DNA of 63,380 nucleotides, counting the filler, from Octopus bimaculoides (Eukaryota), in NCBI RefSeq assembly GCF_001194135.2. It is 6 parts of 6 records of this genome, joined end to end, with 100 filler letters (N's around TTAATTAATTAA, not from the genome) between each part and the next. Parts side by side here need not be neighbours in the genome. Positions count along the whole stretch, not along the records: positions 28,709 to 55,424 come from NC_068992.1; 5 more parts are not named here. The stretch is one strand, 5' to 3'. Each line of letters opens with the position of its first letter. Positions within the stretch are counted from its first letter, which is position 1. Below are positions 34,331 to 48,143 of the stretch, in pieces. The translations under genes were made by a program, and so were the position numbers. The notes beneath the pieces were generated by a model that worked only from the letters and a program-made list of their open reading frames with translations, searched no databases and was not told where the DNA came from.

Positions 34331-36613
34331 TAAATCATTTGTGCAAGGCATTCGGCAAAAGCTGAACATCTATACGTCGTCTTTGACCGGAGATTCCGTC
34401 GTATATATATGTGTGTATATATATATATATACACACATAATATATATATATATNNNNNNNNNNNNNNNNNNNNNNNNNNNNNNNNNNNNNNNNNNNNNNN
34501 NNNNNNNNNNNNNNNNNNNNNNNNNNNNNNNNNNNNNNNNNNNNNNNNNNNNNNNNNNNNNNNNNNNNNNNNNNNNNNNNNNNNNNNNNNNNNNNNNNNN
34601 NNNNNNNNNNNNNNNNNNNNNNNNNNNNNNNNNNNNNNNNNNNNNNNNNNNNNNNNNNNNNNNNNNNNNNNNNNNNNNNNNNNNNNNNNNNNNNNNNNNN
34701 NNNNNNNNNNNNNNNNNNNNNNNNNNNNNNNNNNNNNNNNNNNNNNNNNNNNNNNNNNNNNNNNNNNNNNNNNNNNNNNNNNNNNNNNNNNNNNNNNNNN
34801 NNNNNNNNNNNNNNNNNNNNNNNNNNNNNNNNNNNNNNNNNNNNNNNNNNNNNNNNNNNNNNNNNNNNNNNNNNNNNNNNNNNNNNNNNNNNNNNNNNNN
34901 NNNNNNNNNNNNNNNNNNNNNNNNNNNNNNNNNNNNNNNNNNNNNNNNNNNNNNNNNNNNNNNNNNNNNNNNNNNNNNNNNNNNNNNNNNNNNNNNNNNN
35001 NNNNNNNNNNNNNNNNNNNNNNNNNNNNNNNNNNNNNNNNNNNNNNNNNNNNNNNNNNNNNNNNNNNNNNNNNNNNNNNNNNNNNNNNNNNNNNNNNNNN
35101 NNNNNNNNNNNNNNNNNNNNNNNNNNGGGGGGGGGGGTACAACGCACAGCAGTGTTTTAGAGATCATTGGTGTTGCAGATGATGTATTATATTGTATCTG
35201 AAGATCAACCAATCTGGAGGCGATTTCAAAAGAATATGCCATATTTCGCTAATTTTCATTAAATATATTTGATAAAATTAATACACAGTGCGAAAGGCAA
35301 AATAACATTATCTCTATGAAGTGATTATACTCAGTAATTTATATACATTTCATGGAAGGATGTTTTGATGACGAAAAGATCCCACGGAAGCACAAAATCA
35401 ATCAGCAGTACAAAATTTTAAATATTGCAAGTCAATATGGGGAGTTCTGTGTTTAGTCGTTATGATTCGTTTTGAAATGAGTGTCATGTAGTTGAAACAA
35501 ATTTAGCTGATTAGACAATGTTTTGTGCAATATGATTGGTGAACTGCCTTACTATAATTGTATATTTCTTGTCAACAGTTTTATGGATTACACATAGTTA
35601 AAATACTGGAATACAAATAATGTCCATGAGTCGATGAGATTATAATGGTATTACTATAAATCTGTAATGTCATTTAGCTAGAAGAAACAAAACATTTCTT
35701 AAAATCTAAATGTGCAGTCTCTTGGGGATTCATGACCTGTCAGGCATCCATTTTTGACAAATGGTATATCTCTAATGTTGGTGTAAAATCATCAAATAGA
35801 TTAACTTTCGGGAAAATATTACCCTTGCTTCTTTGAGAAATAAAATATACAATGAACATATCATCTTATTCCACAATTTACATATTTGTATATCAATAAA
35901 TTTGTCATACTTACGTAACATTCGCGCCTTACAATTTGTTGCTAATTGAAAGTAAGAAAGTTAGTAAAAAAGTTTTATTGATCGCCTACACTCAACAATT
36001 GAAATCCTCCCTATAATGGTGATAACTGCATGTTGAGTAGTTGTGTTTAAAAATGGATATTACCTTCTGTGATGTCACAGAATGTGTAAAAAAAAAACGG
36101 AGTAGATTTTAAAATACACGAACTATTCCAGAAGCTCGCAGCATAGAAGTTCGCCATTGACTCATATATGCAATTCATATCTTCAAAGTAACTATAATTC
36201 CAAACATTTCTTTGTTTAGTACAACGTAGTAAAGTGATGTAAGTTGGATTTCAACTGACAGATGGAGGTAGTTTATCATATTTAATTCTCACAGAATCAA
36301 TAAATGAAGTGCTAGAGAATCTCTGCTGCCGAATATTCTCTCTTACAACGCGAGCTATTGAGGTTAAGCTAACGTTCTAAATATTGTATATTATTTTTAG
36401 TTGTAAATCAACATTTGAATAATTTTAAAATATATTGCTTTCATTTTATGCTGTTGGTTTTATTGGTTGTATGCATGGGAACGCAGCCAAGCCTGGTCTA
36501 CGCCATGAATGAGTTTAGTCGATTATATTCATTACGAACGTTTTCTGGAACTAATGTATTATAGCCCGTCACAGGAGTGTGTGTGTGCGCGCGCACTCAC
36601 GTGTGGTGTATGT

Positions 36614-36682
<69 letters not shown>

Positions 36683-37934
36683 CATACGGTTGTATATATC
36701 ATTTTCTGAAATGTCATAAATGCTGTTGCATAGCTACTGATATTTAAGTATGTAGCTATGTTTATCGTTAAGTATCCATTTCAAAAGTTCTATTCTACTT
36801 TTCATGCTTCTATTCTCTGAATAACTATCACCAGTCGTGTTCCACATACTAGAAATTCCGTTTGTTTCTTGTAAAATGTATTCCCACAGACTGGTGTTAA
36901 ATAAAGGATTTTGAAAATGGTATATTGCAGTTTTTATTTATTCTTTTAATAATTATCATCTTTAAGCTCTACAGGTCGTATGTTTATTCATCAAAGTTTC
37001 TAACAGGTTTATTTTCAAGTTTCACTGTATTTTCTGTAACAGAATCATATGTACAGAATTTCAAATCCATTCTTAATATATGTTTGTTCATAAGTCTTCC
37101 GTTTTTTATTATTTTTATTTAATTAATACGTCATAGCGATTTTTCTACCAATATCTTTCCATTTATTGCAAGAGAACCAATTTCAGTCTGTGCAATGGAT
37201 GGCAGACTGTCGGACAAATACTTTACAGTATTTAGTTCAACTCATGACGTTCTGACTGCAACTCGCACAAACGTCTATGGTGCTAAACACAATTTTAAGT
37301 TTGATTAAATAAATTACGAGTCAAAAATCAAATAATCGTGCTTGGGATCAACTGAGAGGTCTTTTGCTTAAGTTAGAAAACATTATCGCTATGCTGGAAA
37401 TGAAAGCAATAATTTACATTTGTTTGTGTTGCTTTCTTTTTTAACTTAATTTCTTTGCTATGAATTTTAAGAAAAAATGAATGAACAAAGGACGCAAAAA
37501 CTTACATTCAATCAATTTATGCTTCCTGATGGAATTCAGATGTAAGGAATCGCTAAAAATGTTAACGCTGCAATTGACAGAAAATTGTAAAATCGTTTAA
37601 TATAAGAGAAAGAGATGTTTAAGTATATAATGTTCCCGAAATAATGACTGTAATGATTTTTTCTTCAATTTTAGCTTTTAAAAATGCTGAAGCAATTTCA
37701 GGTTTTTAGAATAATTGTCCTCCTGTAAGAATTATCAAAGCAATATTTTGCTAACCTATAGTTAGAAAGTGAATATTTATTTATCAACAATAAAATTCAT
37801 ATCTAAATTTATAATACTTTGTGCATTCGTTCCCTTAAATTCATTATATATCTTCTCCAACTCTTCCATATCTATTTGATTTGTCACGCATACTTATATA
37901 TGTGTGTGTGTGTGCTTGTGTGCGAGTGCATGTA

Positions 37935-37986
<52 letters not shown>

Positions 37987-38051
37987 AATTCAGATATCTA
38001 TCTATTTATCTCTCTCTCTCCCTGTATATATATGTATATACATATGTTTAC

Positions 38052-38089
<38 letters not shown>

Positions 38090-38504
38090 TTGTGTTTGTG
38101 TGTGTGCGTTTGTGTGTGTGTGTGTGCGTGTGTGCGTGTGTGTGTGTGTATCTAGTGCAATCGTTTTTTATCTACCACATTGCTTTAATATTAGGAATTA
38201 TGCCATCGTCTCAATTAATCACGATGTTACTACTCAGTACTTATTTACGTATGAAAGCACAATTCCTCCATTGAATTCTAGCTATATTTATCTCTGTTAG
38301 ATTAGTATAGAAACATTTATACATGTGAGGATTGTGGACAGACTTAGAAATGTACACACACACTAACACACGCACACGCATATATCCATGTGTATATATA
38401 GCATGTGCTTATCTCTCTAGTTGTTTATGTCTCTGTGTGTGCATATATATGTTTGTGTATATGTATGTGTATGTGTGCTCCTGTATATGCTTTTGTATAT
38501 GTGT

Positions 38505-38535
<31 letters not shown>

Positions 38536-38934
38536 CAAGAATATATATATATATATATATTAGCAACTCAATGCTAATCCCTGTATTTTTATCATGATAA
38601 ATGGTTTTACCGATAAAGGTTTTTTCATACTGAACTACTTGGCAAAATTGTTAATTATTAATTCTATTACTAATTGACGATTCCCTGCCCTTATTCTTGT
38701 ATATTTTATATTTGATACCTCTAAGTTAGATGGTTAAACCGTAATCCCATCACACGGGACTTTTTTTCATACGGGACTATTTGTGACGCACATGGAATGG
38801 ATTTCTTTGGGGTGAGGTGCCTGAACTCACTAGCCGATGAATTCGTAAGTGCCTTTTCTTCTCGTTGGTTTTTCGTGTCGCATGGCGAGAAATTACCGTG
38901 AATTGTTTAGAGACACTTTCAAATTTATCAGAAT

Positions 38935-38998
38935 ATTGGGCTGAAGATGCGGAATAGAGTAATTTCATTCTCTTAACCGCGAAACGTTCGTATCCAAT
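38935..38998 (+). ncRNA. Hammerhead-like motif (minimal PLE type)
   Basis: CTGAAGA t GCGG-aatAGAG..CTCTtaa-CCGC GAAA CG T T; helix I is interrupted (G/C, 4-nt bulge, ATTGG/CCAAT). Confidence 0.45.
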
Positions 38999-39409
38999 TA
39001 ATTAAAGGCAGGTTTGTTTTTGTTTTTGCTTTTCCCTCGGGTTTTTTTTGTTTTTGTTCCATGTGTGNNNNNNNNNNNNNNNNNNNNNNNNNNNNNNNNN
39101 NNNNNNNNNNNNNNNNNNNNNNNNNNNNNNNNNNNNNNNNNNNNNNNNNNNNNNNNNNNNNNNNNNNNNNNNNNNNNNNNNNNNNNNNNNNNNNNNNNNN
39201 NNNNNNNNNNNNNNNNNNNNNNNNNNNNNNNNNNNNNNNNNNNNNNNNNNNNNNNNNNNNNNNNNNNNNNNNNNNNNNNNNNNNNNNNNNNNNNNNNNNN
39301 NNNNNNNNNNNNNNNNNNNNNNNNTATATATATATATATATATATATATATGCATATATATAAATATTTGCATGTATATATGTGGGTGTGTGTGTAAATC
39401 ATAAACAAG

Positions 39410-41360
39410 GACATAAAATGCTCTTAATGAGATTAACAACATCAATTGCAAGCTCATCGCTGATCTAAATTTACAAAACACAACCTTAAAATCTACACCT
39501 AAAAGCCATAGTTCACCTTGAAGGAAAAGTAACACAACTTCACCACTAAGCCATCTATCACACTCATCTGCCCTTTTAAATCCGAATTAGATGAAATTAG
39601 TAAATGCATTTTTGACCGCAATCTATGCCTAGTTAGAAATACCTTTAAGCTTTCGCTCTGGAATTGTACTGGTTGTCATTTTTACTCAATTTCAACCTCT
39701 TCCTGATAAACAGGACCCACATTTCCTTCAGTTTCACATTTCAAATGATTGTTCCACAGTTGCAACAATTACCCTCAATAAGGCCTTAATCTTTGCCCGA
39801 AAATTCTCACCGATCTCTCGATCTAACATCAATATCATCTTGGTTGCGAGGAAGAATCTGATTCATTTTAAGGACCTACAACTCATCTACAGACTTTTTC
39901 GATATGACTATAGTCGCATCGGACTCAGCCCTGGTTTCTTATCTAGTTGGCCTATTCCTTCTGTCCCAAATTAATCGCTATTTCCCTAACCTCTCCACTG
40001 TACTAAACAGCGATTATGTACTCCTTTGAGCGCGCATTATCTAGAACGTCTGTGGAACGCACCAAGGAAGCCCCACACAATGTTTTAAAAACTATAACGT
40101 GGACAATTTCTTAGACGGTAATTTGGACGTAAATAAAAATCTATGTTACCTTTTCCATTAACCCAACCAATATACCAATGTCCTATCTAATCACCTTAAA
40201 CATACTCTTAATAGTTTAGTCACAGGCATAGCTATTAGAATCTCCAACTTAACTGCAAAATAAAGAGATTTTTAACAGTCATGCCCCGTAATATAAACAG
40301 GCCCTCCGTGAAATGATCTGTTATATCCCCAATAGTAAGCTTAAAACTAAAATAACACATCTCTTTTTCAATACTAATCCGAATGTACAAATAGTTCTTC
40401 CACTCAACACTGATCCAACAATTTTAAACATCATCTACCCATCGCACTAGGTAGCACCACGGGCCAGCCCTAGCCTATAAGAACTACAAGCCTTCCCCTC
40501 CTGATGCACCCACTGCAGCCATACACTCTAAACATTCTAAGGCCAGGAAGCGAGACATTTTATGGTTCACATCACCTTTCTCTCTCCAAGTTAATCTCTA
40601 CCTAAACTCTTTTTTACAATCCTAAAATGTAATTTCTTACTACAGCATAAATACTATATTATCTTCAATAGATCATCCGTTAAAATTTCTTACTCAATCA
40701 CACCTAATTTTGGATCCATATTCACCTCGTCTTACAGATGCAAACGTCAACACCAGTCCTCGGGACAACCCAAACTTTTACACTGCACTCTAAATGAACC
40801 GACGTACTAATAATAATACAACTTTTAGTAACCCTAATCAACTAAATAATACTAGACTCAAGTCATCTTCTCACAACTGTATCCACGTGACAAAATATAG
40901 TAGCTTCAATACCACCTCCCGATCCAATACTGATGCAGATTGCACTTCATGAACTTCCTCACTAATAATGGACTAATGGAGCTCAGCTTCCTTTGCAGAA
41001 ATCTCCAACAACGGAGCAGGTAAGAAAACTAACAGTTGTCGGGTTTCTCAACTAAGCACTGTAGGAAGCTACTATCTCCTAAAAAAATGTATTCCACAGG
41101 TGCTGTGTTATAACACGCACTCCCAGCACCGACACCTTGCACAAAATAAGCCTTTCTCCAATCCAAATACTAAATTATCAACTTATTTGCAACTTATATA
41201 CACAGATATAAGTCTCAGGATATACCTTATCCTGGTTAATAGTGAGGATACCCCATACAAAGCAAACATCGGTATGTGAAAATTATGTTTGAGAGAATAG
41301 CTCACCATTCTTCGCCTTCAGAAACCCTCCTTATTTATTAGATTCTCAGATGTAAATTTT
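39410..41360 (+). mobile_element. Near full-length decayed Penelope-like element (RT plus GIY-YIG)
   Basis: Collinear motifs: FTTKPSITLICPFKSELDEISKCIFD..LW; HFLQFHI..TLNKALIFARKF..INII; FDMTI..LVGLFLLSQIN; NFLD..LD; SNH; IRISNL; and the C-terminal PYKANIGM*KLCLRE*LTIL. Confidence 0.85.
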
Positions 41361-41890
41361 GTCTTTTAAACACAGGTAATATTCATCTTTCGTACATTTT
41401 ATTAAATCTGTGTAATCCCATGGCATAACATGGCACCCCTTCCAATACCAGCCTAATTCCTTTTGCTCATTAACAAATGCTATATTGACCACCAATTCAA
41501 CCCCTGTCATTCTCCCCTCCATCTTCTCTCATACCTCTCTACATACCTTTGTAGTCTCCATCAGCCACTAAACCAGTCAACTTATTTAACTCAAATAAGG
41601 GCGGTTCTCTCTTTTCCTCAACCATTAATTCTATAGCTTTCATACAAGAGAACACAAAGGATTACAATTCACATACTACCTAAACCACTCTCCCATCTAC
41701 CTCCTAATTTCCATCTCTACTAATAACTCCCTATTAATTTCCTTATTGACCCCCACCCCTTGAAATTTATTTTCGCCTCTCACTATTCTCTATCTGAATA
41801 CTTTCCCAATTCCCTTCTCTAATACCGTTAGCTCTCCACAAAAACATTCCATCTTCTTTTTGCCAATACCTCAAATGTAAGATCTCTTCC

Positions 41891-41920
41891 CTGAAGACGG
41901 AAGCTCGTCTCATCCGACAA
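41891..41920 (+). other. Degenerate hammerhead relic in the PLE 3' UTR
   Basis: CTGAAGA c GGA-agctcgtctca-TCC GACA (GAAA mutated). Confidence 0.35.
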
Positions 41921-42142
41921 AGGAATATGTCTCCAAATTATGTTTTGGACCACCGAGTCCCATGAAAGAGCTGTTGTATTTGTAATATTTTTTTTCAACC
42001 CTTGAATGCTTGGAAGCATTTCTATTCATTTTGTATGTGAACATACACATATGTTTTGTATTGCATATATTTAGTATATACTGTCTATTGACCTGCCTAA
42101 CTTATGTATGTACGTATGTATATGCATTTGTATATATATGAA

Positions 42143-42199
<57 letters not shown>

Positions 42200-42219
42200 T
42201 TATATATACATGCATTTAT

Positions 42220-42720
42220 GGGTACAGGACATCACCAACGGTGCAAATAACATAACAGACGTAAACAAACGAGTTAAGTATGAAAACAACGAGAATACTG
42301 GAAAAAAGGACAAGTAAACACATAGAAAGGACTCTTCATCAGTTGTCGGCTGCCTATCTACTCCTCATTTCGAGCATTCAACGACAATATGAGTCTTCAA
42401 AGGCAGTTACTTCAAAATGAAATTTATGATTTATGGTGATGTGGCAGGGCAAAACAAGGAAACGGAACGAAAACAAATATGGAGGGTCGTTAGACCAAAA
42501 CGAGAAGAAATTAGTGAACGCTTCGTGAGCAAAAGTAAGATGGACGATGATCATGGAACAGGGACAACTGACGATGGTTTATACTCTTTACGTTACATGT
42601 CTCGTTTCTCTGTTTGTTCTATTCGATGTTCGAAAAAAGCTCGGTTTCTGTTTTCGTCTGTACGTTTTCGTTTCTCATTGTTTTAAAGGTTTTTCTTTTT
42701 GTGATGTCCTGTACACATAT
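42220..42720. mobile_element. Unclassified interspersed repeat
   Basis: Recalled as an abundant octopus repeat (ggtacaggacatcacc...cttcatcagttgtcggctg..ctatctactcctcatttcgagc...ctctttacgttacatgtctcg). Single copy in this window. Confidence 0.4.
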
Positions 42721-43125
42721 ATGCAAGTATGTATACTATGGATATATGCATATGTTCATATATTATTTATATTATATATATATATATATNNNNNNNNNNN
42801 NNNNNNNNNNNNNNNNNNNNNNNNNNNNNNNNNNNNNNNNNNNNNNNNNNNNNNNNNNNNNNNNNNNNNNNNNNNNNNNNNNNNNNNNNNNNNNNNNNNN
42901 NNNNNNNNNNNNNNNNNNNNNNNNNNNNNNNNNNNNNNNNNNNNNNNNNNNNNNNNNNNNNNNNNNNNNNNNNNNNNNNNNNNNNNNNNNNNNNNNNNNN
43001 NNNNNNNNNNNNNNNNNNNNNNNNNNNNNNNNNNNNNNNNNNNNNNNNNNNNNNNNNNNNNNNNNNNNNNNNNNNNNNNNNNNNNNNNNNNNNNNNNNNN
43101 NNNNNNNNNATAAATATATATATAT

Positions 43126-43172
<47 letters not shown>

Positions 43173-43663
43173 TGAATCAATTAAGCAACAAGGATATTCA
43201 GAGGTAATGCAGTACGATCGTTTCATGCAACTCCATTTAATTGAATAATGCAACCATTACATCAATTTAAATGCAGAGCAATCCTCACTTGCACAAGACA
43301 TAGAATTTTATTAAATTAAAACAGATGGACACACTAGTATAATTTTACATAAACTCTCCATGAAGTTAAAGAGATAAATAAAGAACATGCTGCCTTCATT
43401 TCCACTTAGACGCTACTATATTTATACGAGTGAGTGGTCAAATCAAAGAAAAGTTACTCAATACATTTATTGGGACAACATGCATTGTTCAAAAGTGTTT
43501 AATCCAGATTCCGTGCTACTTCAAGTTTCGAAGCCACTAGTGAAACCTCCTGTCAGGCCAGTCAGATTGCGATCGGCCTGGTGAGAGGCTCAGCTAGGGG
43601 CTCAGAAACCTGCAGTTACGGAATTTGAACCAAAATTGATTTGAACAATATATATATATATAT

Positions 43664-43746
<83 letters not shown>

Positions 43747-44514
43747 AACAGAAGATGAAGACTGTTGTATGTACAACAAGCAAGTGTATTACTTTGATGC
43801 TCTGGAAGAATGAAAAAGTATTCTAAGCTTCGAGCCTACGCTCTTCAGCAGAAAATAATGACGGAAAATAAACAGAGAGAGAATGAAAATACCTTTGTAG
43901 ATTTCAACGTTCCAGCAAGGCGGATACACCCACACACACAGACACACAAACACGCACACACGGACATACACACATGCACACACAGACACACACATACATA
44001 TGTATGTATATGCGTATATATATATGTTTATATATATATGCATATGTATGTGTATTTATGTGTGTCTGCCTCGGTATATATTTCTATATACATATGAATA
44101 TGTGGGTGTATCGTTGTCTATATGTGTAGATAACTAAGTATACACTCGTGTACCTATGTATGTATAAGCTTTTGTAGGTGAATGCATACGATAACACTTC
44201 GTTTAATATCGTATGAAAGTATTTGGGGGCTTTTTATCAGCCACACGCTCATAGTTATAGGAACATAAATGGTCACTGCACCTTTTCCGTCACGGTGAAC
44301 ATTCACTTATTATACTGAAATTGCTAGGACAGTTCATTCCTATTTCTCCATAATCCTTCTTCTGTACTGTTTCTCTCTGTTTCTCTTTACCCCACTAGTC
44401 CTATTGAGAACATAGAAACGTGAGATAGCGTTGTATGAAATTCTCATTGACCCGACCTTTATCATGAGTGCATCCCTTACATTCTTTCTTATATATATAT
44501 ATATATATATATAT

Positions 44515-44890
44515 ATTTCTTTTATTCTTCTAGTTGTTTCGGTCATTTGACTGCCCTGATGTTAGGTTTAGTCATAGAAATCGATCCCATGACATAGTAT
44601 GTATTCTGTCGGTCTGTTTTGCCAAACCGTTATTTTATGCGAACGTAAAACCCCTATCATCGATTGTCAAGAGATGGTGGGGAGACAAACACGGGCACAA
44701 AGGCACACACACATAAATATATACATATATACGTAGGTCTCCTATCGGTTTCTGTCTACACAATCTCCTCACATGCCTGTAATCGGCCCCAGGCTAGAGT
44801 AGGTGACTCTTGCTCAAGATTCAAGGCAGTGAGATTGAATCTGGAACTATGTGTTTGGGAAGCAATCTCCTTATCAGGCAGCCATGTCTG
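44515..44890 (-). mobile_element. Microsatellite-containing SINE (decayed)
   Basis: 3' half tgtttcggtcatttgactg..., head ..cccaggctagagtaggtgactcttgctcaag..ggaactatgtgtttgggaagc. Confidence 0.7.
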
Positions 44891-44906
44891 CACCTATACA
44901 CACACA

Positions 44907-45008
<102 letters not shown>

Positions 45009-45386
45009 CATACTCTTTATTTGTGAATTAAATCTAGCATAGGTTTGATGTTATGAACAGGAGGAAAATAGTGTCTGAACAATTCTTCAAACTGATCACA
45101 TGGTGGAAGGTGTTTGCTTATATTTTAGAAGACGCAGCTTCGTTTAGCTCTTGAGCTTTCTCGTAAATTCAAGTGAATAAAACAATGAATCAGTCAATAC
45201 ATGTTAACCCTGGTTGGAATTTTTCGTATGTTTGTCTCCCTTGAATTTGTTCTCCGGGCAAATGTTTGTGTTTAGTGCGTTTGCATTATTTTGTTATTGT
45301 TCTGGGCATGGTGTTCTTATAGTTGTGTGCTAATTTAGTTCCTCGTTTGAGCGTATTTCTTCTTTTGAGTGGAGTTTGTGTGTTAT

Positions 45387-46030
45387 GCTTGTTCACATTT
45401 AGGAAAGGGTTTATCCTAGTGGGGTTGCTGTCGCAGATACTGGTTCTTCTCTAAAATATTTGAGTGCAAAATTTTGCTTTTGTAAGGCAATGCACCAATA
45501 CAGGGTGTGTAATACTGAATTACTATTACCATAAATACACCAACTGCACTTCGAAAGACAATGCAACTGTAAATTCCCAAACCGCTGCCCTCTAAAAAGC
45601 AACAGTCTCGAGAAAAACTCGTTTAGAAGGCCAAGATCACGGAGCTATAAAGACGTATATCGGAATGACGGACAACTCGTTCAAGGCGAGGTATACACAA
45701 TATCTGGCATCATTCAGAGACAAAAACAAAAAAATAAAATACATTATTTCTGTCAAATTTGATATGAATATTGAAAGAAGTTTGGATAAGCAACACCAAG
45801 ATAAAATGGAAATCTATTGCTGAAGCCAATACAGAGGACGGGATACCAAATGTGAATTCTCTGTTATTGAAAAATTAAGCATTATATAAACAAGAGATAA
45901 CAGCCTAGACATTAGGCATAAAACCTTTCCCTGCATAAATACAATATTTTACACTCGAATATATCAAAGAAGAGCCAGTATCTGCGACGGCAACCTCACT
46001 AGGATAGCTCCTTTCCTAAACATGAACAAA
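45387..46030 (+). mobile_element. PLE GIY-YIG 3' fragment with an inverted terminal copy
   Basis: QCNCKFPNRCPL..; KTYIGMTDNSFKARYTQYLASFRDK; LS.LI*ILK..IKWKSIAEA..CEFSVIEKLSI. Arms 45387-45490 and 45930-46030 are reverse complements. Confidence 0.8.
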
Positions 46031-47888
46031 CATCCAAAAGATGACACCCATGGGTAACGTCCCTTGATCAATTGATTTAGTGTCTAATTCACGTGAGCTA
46101 AACGAGTGTGATTTTTCTAAAATGGAGGGAAAAGGTTTCTCCACGTGACCGGTTAGAAGAATCGTGAAAGCACTAGGTTGTTTACCTACTTTTCTTAACA
46201 CGAAGCCAATAGTAGCCTTAATTAAAGAGGAAGAGAAATTATAACCAACAATGCGGTGTTGAGCACACATTTTCATCGTTCGACATTTACGTATATATAT
46301 CTATATCTATCTATTTGCCTCTCTCTCTCTCTCTCTCTNNNNNNNNNNTATATATATATATATATATATATCGTTACTTATTCAAATACATACGTACGTA
46401 TACCGATCCAGATGAGGGAAGGCATGAGAAATATTTAATAAATTGTCAGCCATTATAATTATTTTCCAATGTATAGGGCATCAACGCATCCTCTTCAAAG
46501 TAAAGATACACGCGCACGCACACACATATTTACGTAGTTAGCTATGCGTAAGCACATGTGTATATACATGTATATATACAAACATACACGTATATATAAA
46601 TACATGCATATATATATGTGCGTATGTATATATTTATATACATGTATATATACATACATCTGTATATAGATATAAATACGCACACAAACACACACACGCA
46701 CACACGCATATATAAAGTGTATAATTTTATAAATATAATTATAAAATTATAACAAGTGCAATTACGAAGTAAAGCCATTTGCTAGAAGAAGACGCCAAAT
46801 TGGTGTAAGCTAATTTATCTATGGTATAGACAAGCGCTGGAAGTGAGGGAAACACAAAAAAAGATTTTTTGAAAATAGTTTAGCCATATATCGCCCGATT
46901 TCAAGTTTAGTGATGTAATAGATTCTACCATCATCAATATGTATATATATATATATACATACATACATACATACATACTATGCATAGAACAGGAATGCAT
47001 GCATTTGGATATCTTCATTCTGCATTAGGTAAGATGCATTTTTTTTTTCTTTTTTCAACTGAATAACATCCACGAATTTAACGTGTAAACATATGAACAT
47101 TTCATAGATGCGTATACAGTTGTAGTGAAAAAAATATACTTCGACACCGGAATTATTATTATATTTATCTAATCTCGAAATGTGAAGACAGCTGTAGATT
47201 TTGGCGGCTTTTATAATCAGTTGCCAGACGCGTACAATTTTTCCTGTCTTAATCATGGGGCACTATATGAAGCTATGTACGTTACTCTTCAAAACTGATT
47301 GGAATATTTTGGGTTGGACTTTATTTATTCTTAAGCCATGTTTCATCGTAGAAGTTTGATATTTGGTTTCACTTTAAGAATAATGCCAATGACCTGTTCC
47401 GTGGATAGTAATTTTGTGGATTATATTAATTTATATCAAAATATACACACCATATTACTGGACCTAATTTAACGAAATTGCGTGAAACTACTGTACCGTC
47501 TTCAAAGAAGAAAATTTATAAATATATAAGAATGTTCTTATCTACGTGAGAACAGCATGTGATGATAAGTCTTCCTAATCAAAGATTACCTTCAATAAAT
47601 GAGAATATGAAAAAATTCGTGAATGAAATGAAATTACACGAAAAACTGAATTTGCATAAATACGTTTCATCCAACATTGTACTCTTTCCCACAACATAAC
47701 TTTCCCTACGAAAATATAATTACTCGATAATACTTAATATCTTTTTAGACTTTAAGAAATAGATTTCCTCATTCCGATAATATTTCATATTAATATTTCT
47801 ATGTTCTACATAATTGAATTTAATATTCATGACAAAATATGTTATTTAGACTGTTAAAAAGGGAAGCAAGAATATAGCTGCCACTTAC

Positions 47889-48143
47889 CATTTTCATGAG
47901 AATTTTCTTAAATTTAGTAAAATATTCATTACGATTAATAAATAGATCTTGCATAAAACTTAAAATTTCCAACGTACATAGAATTATGTAGGTTTCTAAA
48001 AAGGTAAACCAGGAGAAACATAATCCAATAGGTAAGAATGTTTCAAACCTTGTCGTCATGATAAAGGAAAATAAGCTGTTGATTGAACATAAAGTGTTTT
48101 CAAATTTAATTTGTTGAAATGTTAATGCGCAAAATGAACACAC
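47889..48143 (-). CDS. Candidate exon ending at a strong donor
   Basis: An open hydrophobic frame ends ...FKKILMKM with ATG/GTAAGT (donor at 47888). The acceptor is uncertain (18-nt micro-exon or longer). Confidence 0.2.
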
